From: Lysobacterales bacterium
GTDB taxonomy: Bacteria > Pseudomonadota > Gammaproteobacteria > Xanthomonadales > SZUA-38
NCBI GenBank assembly: GCA_028285525.1
Contig: JANQOZ010000102.1
Coordinates: 21,888-85,887, forward strand
Length of the DNA stretch: 64,000 nucleotides
Reading direction: 5' to 3'
Part shown: positions 7,874-15,801 of the stretch, in pieces
Layout of the letters: each line of letters begins with the position of its first letter
Position numbering within the stretch: position 1 is the stretch's first letter
Made by a program: the position numbers and the translations under genes
Notes under the pieces: generated by a model
Database searches by the model: none
Seen by the model: the letters and a program-made list of their open reading frames with translations, nothing else
Told to the model about the DNA's origin: nothing

Positions 7874-9346
7874 TTAAAACGCTCCATCATCACATCCCAG
7901 GGCCTCACTAAATGCCAATCGCGACAGCAGCTGATCTCCGGCCTCCAATTCGGGAATTACGAGTTCAAATTCAAAGGCAAGCTCATCGCAGCTGATGGTC
8001 GTTATCGTTCCCTGCCCCACTCGGTTCGCGGTTACGCTTCCCTCAAGCCGCCCAGCATTTGTAAATGGCCCCCGGTTGCGAAACAACTCTAGAGAAATTT
8101 CGTTGCCTTGCGGAGAACCCAGGCCGTAGAGCCACAGGTTATTCCCATCGCGATCAAACGTCTGCCAGGTCACTAGGACCTCCGACGGCCTGACGTATGA
8201 GACCTGCAGGTAGGCACCGTCGCGATCGGGCTCAAACCACAAACCCGTGACCACCCCGACGCTGGCTGGCGGCGGTGAGTTCGTCTCCACCGCGCCAGCG
8301 TCGCAGCGGCTGGCGTTGATCAGACGCGGGTGGCCGCGCTGGTCCAACGAGACGCAGTTTTGTGCTGCCACACGCCCACGCGCCGGATGATCCGGCGTCA
8401 GAGGCACAACCCGCCGGTAGCCGGAGGTTATCGGCGGGAGTACGAAAGCTGTCGCGGCATCCACCGCGTCGTTGCTAACCAATTCGGCCACGCACTCCGG
8501 GGCTGAAAAAACGTTGTCGCCCGAGGACTGGATATCGCCGGCGCAGGCGGCGTTAACCTGGCCGGACACAATACTCTGCCCGACTACCACTTGCCCCTCC
8601 GGCGCGTTGAAAATACTGGTGACCAGGCACTCTGACAGGTCGCGCGCGACAAACTGCATGCCGAAGGTGACGTGGCGCAGCTGCGCTGCGCCGGTGTTGT
8701 AAAGCGCCATGCCGCCCGCCAGGCAAAAGCTGAAGGGCTCCTGAGGAAAAGTACCTGGCTTAAAGTCCGCGATCAGGTTGAAAAGACTCACGTTAACCGC
8801 CTCCAGGCGGCCGGAGTTGTAGATCCCCAGGCCCGGCAGCGTTGCGCTGTTGACGCCCGGCGCTGCTTCAAATTCCGCTCGAACACCACTGATGGAAACG
8901 CGTTCCAGCCGAGTCCGCCCCCGGTTTTCGATCGCCCTGATTTGCGGTGTGCCAGTCAGGTTGATATCCACGTCCGCCAGCGTGACTTCAGCCTGTTCCC
9001 GTATCTCAAATCCGATTCCCCGGAGCTCAGAGCCCCGCCCATTGAGGAACAGCTTTCGGTCCAGCTGATAAGGCTCCCCAAGAGCCAGGCCCCCACGACG
9101 CAAACAGGAGCCAAAGGGCCCCATTTTTTGATCGCCGGGGAATACGGATACCCTCGGGCCGCGGCCGGGAAATTCGTAAAAGCCATCAACAGCTAGAATG
9201 ACGCGAACGGGTTCGTCCGCTACGTTCGCCTGGCAGAGCGCCGTGCTCAGCGCTTCCACATCGCCGTTCTCGATCACAAACGTGGACTCGGCCAGACCTG
9301 GCAGCGGTAGCAGGCTCAGCAGAAGCGTAGTCAACGACAGTTTCAT
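7874..9346 (-). CDS. secreted hypothetical protein
   Basis: Likely start is the ATG at 9346 (MKLSLTTLLLSLLPLPGLAES signal peptide). Beta-helix-like N-terminal half. C-terminal GLWFEPDRDGAYLQVSYV...VTWQTFDRDGNNLWLYG domain. Confidence 0.6.
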   Translation of the reverse strand: MKLSLTTLLLSLLPLPGLAESTFVIENGDVEALSTALCQANVADEPVRVILAVDGFYEFPGRGPRVSVFPGDQKMGPFGSCLRRGGLALGEPYQLDRKLFLNGRGSELRGIGFEIREQAEVTLADVDINLTGTPQIRAIENRGRTRLERVSISGVRAEFEAAPGVNSATLPGLGIYNSGRLEAVNVSLFNLIADFKPGTFPQEPFSFCLAGGMALYNTGAAQLRHVTFGMQFVARDLSECLVTSIFNAPEGQVVVGQSIVSGQVNAACAGDIQSSGDNVFSAPECVAELVSNDAVDAATAFVLPPITSGYRRVVPLTPDHPARGRVAAQNCVSLDQRGHPRLINASRCDAGAVETNSPPPASVGVVTGLWFEPDRDGAYLQVSYVRPSEVLVTWQTFDRDGNNLWLYGLGSPQGNEISLELFRNRGPFTNAGRLEGSVTANRVGQGTITTISCDELAFEFELVIPELEAGDQLLSRLAFSEALGCDDGAF

Positions 9347-9766
9347 CTCAGGGGCCCCTTCTTGGTTCCGGCGCAGTATGCCCACACCGAATGAACCGGC
9401 GATGAACGCCGCCGGGTCTCACCGCGCGGGACTTATCCTGTCCGCTTTTTCCGGCACTTTCGATGTGCTTTGGCCATGCTTAAGTAAGGACTACAAAGGA
9501 CCGCGCGAATGTGCCGTTTGCCCGCACTGCTTTTGCTTCTGTTTTTGCCGCTAGCAGGGAGCCGCCGCGGGTTTTCCGGAGATCATTCAGTGGGAGCATA
9601 AAAGCGTTGACCCTCCCGAACCGATTAGAACCGTCTCATTCCACACAACTAAAACGGTCTTCTAAATACCCAAGGTGATTCACGAGATGACGTGGGAATA
9701 CCTTTTCATGGTAGGCAGAACCTTCAGGTATGAAAGATCGAATTTCTCGAACTACCGTTTTGGGCC

Positions 9767-10228
9767 CTACTCTGCCGTACACGGATAGTGACGTCGCAGC
9801 GATGCGTAGACAACTTCCTGTGCCTGTATACCTTCAAGACTTTCGTACCGATCAAGCTCTTCAACAACGTGCATCATGACGTCTGCAATTGGATCTGGCT
9901 GTTCGAGACAAAATTCCGCGTATATGGATGAGCCGAACCTCTCCAGGCGAGCGTCAACGCGCGCGCTGATCGCGCGGTTGGTGGACGCGTTGTCTTTTTC
10001 GATCTCCGCGGCAACATTCTCGGCAACGCGTCCATCGGTTGCGACTGCTCCGTCAAGAAAGCCTTTCACGTAGTAGACACACAGCGATGACCACGGACCA
10101 ATGTCGTCGTCCTGGAAATCAACGCAAACCTGCTCAAGTTGCGCGGCCGTCAAGGGCGCGATGGCCGACGTTCGTGGTGTGATTAGTACAAAACTCAGCA
10201 CCGCTGTGCATATCAATAGAATTCTCAT
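9767..10228 (-). CDS. small periplasmic protein, possibly Rap1a/Tai4-like immunity
   Basis: 153 aa. Signal peptide MRILLICTAVLSFVLITPRTSA. Two-Cys pattern LEQVCVDF....SSLCVYYVKGFLDGAVA resembles the C..Y..G..D signature I recall for Rap1a/Tai4. Family call is weak. Confidence 0.4.
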   Translation of the reverse strand: MRILLICTAVLSFVLITPRTSAIAPLTAAQLEQVCVDFQDDDIGPWSSLCVYYVKGFLDGAVATDGRVAENVAAEIEKDNASTNRAISARVDARLERFGSSIYAEFCLEQPDPIADVMMHVVEELDRYESLEGIQAQEVVYASLRRHYPCTAE

Positions 10229-10770
10229 AAGGTCGTACTCTCTGTGGTTCCGACATCAGCTGTTAGCCATCTCCTAGCCTTTAAGCTAACAGCTTCAGAA
10301 ATATCGAAAAAGTCTAATTAACAGCCATCATTAATCGGTTTCACCGATGTATTTCGAAGGTGTCGACAAGCTGACTTGGCTGGGTGAGCCCAATCTCCCA
10401 AGAAATTTTCAGACCACCACATTCCTCCACTGAGCATATGTACGTTCCCTGAGGTCCCGGCAGTGTGTCGCCGGCCCTTGATAGCGCCCCAGATTGAACA
10501 AATTTTGAACGGCTGGGTTAGCAGCAAGGAATCGCTGGCCCTGCCAGATATACTTGAACTTTCGCATCCCGCGCTCTCGGAAACGGGGCGTTAGTCTTCG
10601 CAACCGCGGGCACCGAACTTGAGATTTTTTGATCATGGCCCTCGACTCGACAAGGAAGGCACCTAGTGGTGCTATGAGACCTCTCTCGACCATGCGGCAA
10701 TCGATAGGATGCTGAGTCCCAGACGGCCACCAAGCGTAACCTACTTTTCCCGGCGCTCAATGATTGACCC

Positions 10771-10948
10771 ACCCCGAGTTTTCCGTAGAGTTTCTGGATT
10801 GAGCGCCGGAAGATGCCCATTGGCCTAATATTCCTGAGGCTGGAATGGGTGTTTCAAGGCCTTTCGGTGAGTTTTGCCGAGTTATCTTAGGCCTCGAAAG
10901 TCTTTTACCTAATTGTTTTTATTGGCTTTTAAGGGTGGTCGCGCTTCG
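10771..10948 (+). repeat. conserved pre-tRNA' module, copy C
   Basis: Close match to 4826-5003. Includes the hairpin 10822-10893 (GGCCTAATATTCC...GAGTTATCTTAGGCC). Confidence 0.8.
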
Positions 10949-10995
10949 GATTTGTAATCAGTAGGTCCCGGGTTCGACTCCTGGTGCCGGCACCA
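10949..10995 (+). repeat. tRNA-Thr 3'-half direct repeat (copy C)
   Basis: 47/47 identity to tRNA positions 30-76. Confidence 0.92.
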
Positions 10996-11019
10996 AAACC
11001 CCAATATTTTCAGTAAGTT

Positions 11020-11045
11020 AGCCTCGCATGTCGAGGCTTTTTTGT
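11020..11045 (+). terminator. rho-independent terminator after tRNA' copy C
   Basis: AGCCTCG-CATGT-CGAGGCT stem-loop followed by TTTTTTGT, 25 nt after the CCA. Confidence 0.7.
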
Positions 11046-11203
11046 GTCTGTCGTAATCAGTTGCTACTGGGTTAGACATCGAAGCCTCAATCAGTTAAGT
11101 CACTGAAAATATTAGACATTGCATTTCGGACAGCAGCCCTTATGAAACGGGAAAAGAGTAAAAGAAAGAGAAAAAACCAAACCGTTCGCGCAGCGGTCCG
11201 CGC

Positions 11204-11668
11204 TTACCCGGGCTTCCTGGCTGTAGCTATTCCCATTGAAAGCACAAGGAGTAACAGCAACAGCAGGCCACGCGGTTGCAGCCCGGGAACCGGGAGGCTC
11301 CCAACAACTACACCACTAACAAAAACCGGGTTGACGTCGTCGATTGCAGTATTGGTAAACACCTGCAAAGTGTAGTGGCCTCGGGGTAACCCGGAGACTT
11401 GAAAGTTGAACGTTGGAGTTGGGAACGGATCAAGGTTGAATCCGCAAAACGCGATATCAAGGTTTACCAGAATGACTTTCCCTGATGTAGTCACCGATTG
11501 ATTGTTCCAACAGCCGGAGTTGAACGCCTGAATGGTGATTTCGAATGGTTGGTTCGCTGCCGGCGCGACTGGGCGAATTGAAAGGCTTTCGACTTGGAAA
11601 AAAACCGGAGTACCAGAAATACAGCAGTCAGCCAGGGTCAGCAACGCTATTAGGACTACCAACCGCAT
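11204..11668 (-). CDS. small secreted protein with exosortase-type (IPTL/PEP-CTERM-like) C-terminal tail
   Basis: 154 aa. Signal peptide MRLVVLIALLTLADCC. The C-terminus LPVPGLQPRGLLLLLLLVLSMGIATARKPG has a short motif, a hydrophobic helix and basic residues. Confidence 0.5.
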   Translation of the reverse strand: MRLVVLIALLTLADCCISGTPVFFQVESLSIRPVAPAANQPFEITIQAFNSGCWNNQSVTTSGKVILVNLDIAFCGFNLDPFPTPTFNFQVSGLPRGHYTLQVFTNTAIDDVNPVFVSGVVVGSLPVPGLQPRGLLLLLLLVLSMGIATARKPG

Positions 11669-11799
11669 AAGGCACTCAGAAACCCGCGCTCTGGGACACC
11701 GCCTTTAGACGTATGGCCATGCGCATGACCCCTAAAAAGGCCGAGGATTGATGCGTCAACCGATCTTCACCTACCCATGCTCATGACAACCATAAATTT

Positions 11800-11822
11800 G
11801 GGGTCAGTTTCAAGTGCCAGGC
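11800..11822 (+). repeat. REP (family 1)
   Basis: GGGGTCAGTTTCAAGTGCCAGGC preceded by ATAAATTT. Confidence 0.85.
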
Positions 11823-11941
11823 TTGGCTGACAAGTCAGATCAGGGATCATCCTCACCGGTTTGGGCAATCGGACCTTACGGGGCTTTGCCAACCCGGGAG
11901 AAGATACAAAGCCCTGACTCTGTCATATCGGAACGACCACT

Positions 11942-12586
11942 GTGCCAAGACGCCCTCGGTTTTGCCCAAAAAATGTACCCGCACACATCATTCAGCGTGG
12001 CAACAACCGACAAGCGATTTTCGCTGCCGAGAGTGACCTTGCCGCCTACGCGCATTGGCTAAGAGAAGCGGCTGTAAAGTTTCAAGTAAACATTCACGGC
12101 TGGGTGTTCATGACCAATCATGTACACCTACTCCTAACGCCATCTACCGATTCGGGTATTTCAAAGCTGATCCAGAGTCTTGGACTGCGATACTCGCGGC
12201 ACTTCAACTACACGTATGCCCGAACTGGCTCGCTCTATGACGGACGATTCAAGTCCTGCCTGGTGGAGGATCACAACTACCTGCTAACTTGCCTTCAGTA
12301 CATAGAACTCAACCCGCTACGCGCCGGCATGGTGACAGACCCTGGAAATTACTCTTGGTCAAGCTACCGCTCTCACGCGTTCGGGGTACCGGTAAAAATG
12401 TGGAGTCCGCACCCGCTGTACCGCTCCCTGGGCGAAAACCCCAAGCAACGCCAGCAAGCCTACCGCCAGCGCATCACTCAACAACTCGATCAAGCCGTCA
12501 TCACCAAAATTCGCCACTGCATCAACACCGGCATGGCACTAGGGTCAGATAAATTCAAAGCCCAGATTCACGCCCTGACCAACTAG
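11942..12586 (+). CDS. REP-associated tyrosine transposase (RAYT, IS200/IS605-like Y1)
   Basis: 214 aa with a GTG start. N-terminus PAHIIQRGNNRQAIF, HUH motif MTNHVHLLLTP, catalytic-Tyr region LQYIELNPLRAGMV, DPGNYSWSSY. Flanked by inverted REPs. Confidence 0.85.
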   Translation: MPRRPRFCPKNVPAHIIQRGNNRQAIFAAESDLAAYAHWLREAAVKFQVNIHGWVFMTNHVHLLLTPSTDSGISKLIQSLGLRYSRHFNYTYARTGSLYDGRFKSCLVEDHNYLLTCLQYIELNPLRAGMVTDPGNYSWSSYRSHAFGVPVKMWSPHPLYRSLGENPKQRQQAYRQRITQQLDQAVITKIRHCINTGMALGSDKFKAQIHALTN

Positions 12587-12605
12587 CCTCTTTACACCAC
12601 CTCAT

Positions 12606-12628
12606 GCCTGGCACTTGAAACTGACCCC
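12606..12628 (-). repeat. REP (family 1)
   Basis: GCCTGGCACTTGAAACTGACCCC followed by ATAAATT. Confidence 0.85.
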
Positions 12629-12638
12629 ATAAATTGAT

Positions 12639-12661
12639 GCCTGGCACTTGAACCTGACCCC
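12639..12661 (-). repeat. REP (family 1)
   Basis: GCCTGGCACTTGAACCTGACCCC; tandem with the previous copy. Confidence 0.85.
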
Positions 12662-12671
12662 TTAAATTAGA

Positions 12672-12866
12672 AAGCCAACCCAGAATGCTTTCGTCGAGAG
12701 CTTCAACGGCAAGTTCAGAGAATACTGTTTAGACCAACACTGGTTCGCCGGTATCCAGGATGCCAGATCGACTGTTCAGATCTGGAACCACCACTACAAC
12801 CATGTCAGGCCGCATCGGTCTCTAGGAAAAATCCCGCCAGCGATGTTCGCTCAGCGGGCAGCCTGA
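12672..12866 (+). pseudogene. IS3-family transposase (OrfB) C-terminal remnant
   Basis: Hand translation: KPTQNAFVESFNGKFREYCLDQHWFAGIQDARSTVQIWNHHYNHVRPHRSLGKIPPAMFAQRAA*. This is the ESFNG...YN..RPH..LG tail of DDE integrase-core transposases. No upstream part is present. Confidence 0.8.
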
Positions 12867-12923
12867 TATGCCCGATTTCCCACATAGAGCGCGGCTCAAA
12901 TCCTGGGGTACGGTCAACCTCAT

Positions 12924-12946
12924 GCCTGGCACTTGAACCTGACCCC
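12924..12946 (-). repeat. REP (family 1)
   Basis: GCCTGGCACTTGAACCTGACCCC. Confidence 0.85.
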
Positions 12947-13227
12947 TTAAATTGCCTAAATTGCCCAATTCGCGAAATGCCCCCAAAACCCGAGCTTGCT
13001 TTGACAAACCGGGCACACTTTGGCCCCAGCCCAGATTGTCGAGCCACACTTAGGGCACTGTTTGGTCTCTTGAGTTTCAGACATTCCTGCTGCGCCGCCG
13101 ATTTAACTGGCCTAAATGGCCGCACATTCCGGTGTACGCCTTGTCGTGCAGTGTTCCCGACGCTTACTTGCCTCTTTTTGACGAGTCAAACACGGGCATG
13201 AAAAGAAAACGGAGGTTTCCAAAACAG

Positions 13228-14052
13228 TCAATGGGATCTTAATTGGGGTGGTACATCTGACGCAGATTGACGATTTCGAGACTCACGGAGAGTGGCGCTG
13301 ATTTCCATCGCTTGATTTAAAGATTCTTCGTCTGCTTCCTTGCCACGCAGAAGATCCCGAATCGATATCAATAGGAGGTTTTCGATTTCTGGCAACAACA
13401 TACCAAGGCTATTGGCGCCAGCATTTTCTATAAATTTCTTTTGATGTGGAAGAACAATGAGCACGACTTTCTTTAACGCTTCGTCGTCGACGAGATCTAT
13501 CTTTATCCCGCCTTTGAGCGCCATCATTTTTGCGATCGCCGTAACAACAATAGCCTCAAAGGCCTCGTAGTATGCCCACACCAGCGGCCCCACATAGGGC
13601 TTACACGCATGCGCGCCGGTATTGCTGATCCTTTCCTGGGACGCAGGGCCCATCAGATTGGTGAACGATTCGCGAGCTCTTGCGTCTTTCTCCGCAAGCT
13701 CAACGCAGGCTTCATATTTTAGGCGAGGTAGAACATTCGCGGACTGAGCGTTTGCTCTCAGTACTTTGACCGCCTCCTAGAGTTCATCAACCGCCTGAAT
13801 TCTTCTCGAGTTCATTGCAATCTGCCGACTGGTCATTGCAGACAAAACACCACCCCTAAGATCAGAAAGCTCAGTCTCAGTTTGTCGCAACTCCGACTGG
13901 ACTCCCGCCAACTTTTCAGCAAACTCATTTCTCACTGCGGCCTGCAATCGAGTGACAATCAGGTTCTTCGATAGAAACACCGCGACCGCGATCAATCCGC
14001 TTATCACTCCGCCGGACAATACGATAGATTCAAATATTGTCATTCTGTTCAC
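13228..14052 (-). pseudogene. membrane-anchored coiled-coil protein interrupted by one in-frame TAG
   Basis: ORFs 13777-14052 (91 aa, TM segment IVLSGGVISGLIAVAVFL) and 13228-13653 (141 aa) are in the same frame. I translated the 123-nt gap by hand (EAVKVLRANAQSANVLPRLKYEACVELAEKDARARESFTNL) and the only stop is the TAG at 13777-13779. Confidence 0.6.
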
Positions 14053-14416
14053 CTCACCGGCTTAACAGGTCGTGCTTTTCTGTTGTAAACCTTGTCGTGC
14101 ATCTTACGCGTGGCGTGGACCAGCAGCCGCCAGTCATCCCCATCGGTGGCCGCCTTCGCTCGAATGTCCTGGAACTGGAACCGATCGATCCCGTAACGCT
14201 CCACTGCCCTGTCCATGGCCCGGCACCAGATCGTGCGGAATCCGTTGCCGGTGTACGGACCACCCAACCTGGTCGAGAGGATGTGGATGCGGGGCACTTC
14301 GTAGAGCCGAATCGCCCGGCCATAGGCTTTCTGCAGTGCTGGTGACCACTCCACAAGCACGGCCTTACCCGTCTTGCCTTGGCGAAAGTTGAGCCCCTTT
14401 TCGTCAAAGTCCGAGT
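14049..14416 (-). pseudogene. tyrosine recombinase/integrase, C-terminal fragment
   Basis: Hand translation: DFDEKGLNFRQGKTGKAVLVEWSPALQKAY...RFQFQDIRAKAATDGDD..LLVHATRKMHDKVYNR. These are the box I/II-like motifs with the terminal Tyr. The N-terminal two thirds are absent and the break coincides with the REP at 14420. Confidence 0.7.
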
Positions 14417-14419
14417 TTT

Positions 14420-14442
14420 GGGGTCAGGTTCAAGTGCCAGGC
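14420..14442 (+). repeat. REP (family 1)
   Basis: GGGGTCAGGTTCAAGTGCCAGGC. Confidence 0.85.
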
Positions 14443-14690
14443 TTGGATGACAATTCAAATCAGGAATGATCCTCACCGGTTAATGTGGAGTCCACACCCG
14501 CTGTACCGCTCCCTGGGCGAAAACTCAAAGCAACGCCAGCAAGCCTACCGCCAGCGCGTAACCCAACATCTCGATCAAGCCGTCATCACCAAAATTCACC
14601 ACTGCATCAACACCGGCATGGCACTCAGATCAGATAAATTCAAAGCTCAGATTCACGCCCTGACCAACTAGCCTTCTTACACCACCTCAT

Positions 14691-14713
14691 GCCTGGCACT
14701 TGAACCTGACCCC
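14691..14713 (-). repeat. REP (family 1)
   Basis: GCCTGGCACTTGAACCTGACCCC. Confidence 0.85.
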
Positions 14714-14880
14714 ATAAATTCCTGGGCGAAAACCCAAAGCAACGCCAGCAAGCCTACCGCCAGCGCATCACTCAACAACTCGATCAAGCCATCATCACCA
14801 AGATTCGCCACTGCATCAACACCGGCATGGCACTCGGATCAGACAAATTCAAAGCTCAGATTCACGCCCTGACCAACTAG
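14714..14880 (+). pseudogene. RAYT 3'-end remnant (second tandem fragment)
   Basis: Starts within ...CCTGGGCGAAAAC and encodes LGENPKQRQQAYRQRITQQLDQAIITKIRHCINTGMALGSDKFKAQIHALTN*. Followed by the REP at 14899-14921. Confidence 0.75.
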
Positions 14881-14898
14881 CCTTTTGCACCACCTCAT

Positions 14899-14921
14899 GC
14901 CTGGCACTTGAACCTGACCCC
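14899..14921 (-). repeat. REP (family 1)
   Basis: GCCTGGCACTTGAACCTGACCCC. Confidence 0.85.
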
Positions 14922-15157
14922 ATAAATTGATTACCTTTCGCTGCGAGCAATATCGAGCTACTAGCAACTTTGCACCCTCCAAAAAACCAATCGATTGCTG
15001 GGCTTGCTCAGTAGCCACTCGATTCTAAGAGGTTAGGCTTAAAGAGAGTAGTGCCGGTTCGATGATGAAACTCCTATAAATCTGGTTCTCACCAACTGGT
15101 ATGAATCGAAGTGACACCATTTCACGCCTAAGATCGCGCGAGCCTCCTTTATGACCA

Positions 15158-15799
15158 CTAGGATTTGAGTGCTTTTACGAAGCTGCTCCGGACTTCGGAA
15201 GAAAACGCTTTGTCAATATCAACACTAAGCTCGCCTATTGTTCCAAAGAAATTGCTTACAAAAGACTCTTGACCACTACGAAAAACCTCCGAAACGTCGG
15301 CGGTTAGCGCGCGGACAGAAAACAATTCTTCCAAGGCCAGATAAGGAGTCTTATCTGACCCAATAACGCTCAGATTCGAACTAAAGAGGTACAAAAAAAC
15401 GCCAAGTGAAGTCCCTACAGTCGATGACTCTCCATACCTCTTTGTAAAGAAACGGTTCTTCGCCCTCGGTAAACCGAACGAAAAGTGAACACTGTCGACC
15501 AAGCGTTTTTCGACTAACGCCTTGAGAAAACTCCGATGGGGTTCCATGCACACAACTTCATCACTATCTCGATAATGGATCTGCATTAAATCCAACACCA
15601 CACACCGAAATGGCGTTTCGACAAATGAAACTCTCCATTCGTCGGTGGATAACTGGGACTCAAGTACCGTGTATTCACCTGCAATAAGAGAAGTGTCTCT
15701 GTAAAAGCCTCTCATGGAGCGAGATAGCTCCTCGAGTACAGTGGCTGCGTGGTTCGATTTGTTGTATCTCACCAGTGTCGCTACAGGATACTCCGCCAC
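15158..15799 (-). CDS. putative cognate immunity protein of the Rhs C-terminal toxin
   Basis: 213-aa ORF whose GTG start lies 2 nt after the Rhs stop (TAG-AC-GTG). Sampled 60-nt lines give about 42-47% GC, against about 63% in the Rhs body. No signal peptide and no recognisable family. Function is assigned from position only. Confidence 0.6.
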   Translation of the reverse strand: MAEYPVATLVRYNKSNHAATVLEELSRSMRGFYRDTSLIAGEYTVLESQLSTDEWRVSFVETPFRCVVLDLMQIHYRDSDEVVCMEPHRSFLKALVEKRLVDSVHFSFGLPRAKNRFFTKRYGESSTVGTSLGVFLYLFSSNLSVIGSDKTPYLALEELFSVRALTADVSEVFRSGQESFVSNFFGTIGELSVDIDKAFSSEVRSSFVKALKS

Positions 15800-15801
15800 G
15801 T

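Larger units (their letters stand above)
11800..12661 (+). mobile_element. REP/RAYT unit 1 (Y1 transposase flanked by inverted REPs)
   Basis: Left REP at 11800-11822, a 119-nt leader, the RAYT gene, then right REPs at 12606-12628 and 12639-12661 in inverted orientation. Confidence 0.8.
14420..14713 (+). mobile_element. internally deleted mini-RAYT element
   Basis: REP (14420-14442), the RAYT 5' leader (CTTGGATGACAATTCAAATCAGGAATGATCCTCACCGGT), joined directly to the last ~65 codons of the RAYT gene (MWSPHPLYRSLGEN...KAQIHALTN*), then a REP (14691-14713). Confidence 0.75.

Noticed and set aside
10318-10820. Three overlapping minus-strand ORFs (69, 94 and 100 aa) upstream of tRNA' copy C.
   Set aside because: They are mutually exclusive frames with R/S/C-rich sequences. 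The 100-aa ORF starts inside the conserved pre-tRNA' arm. This is probably a decayed spacer; no family is recognisable.
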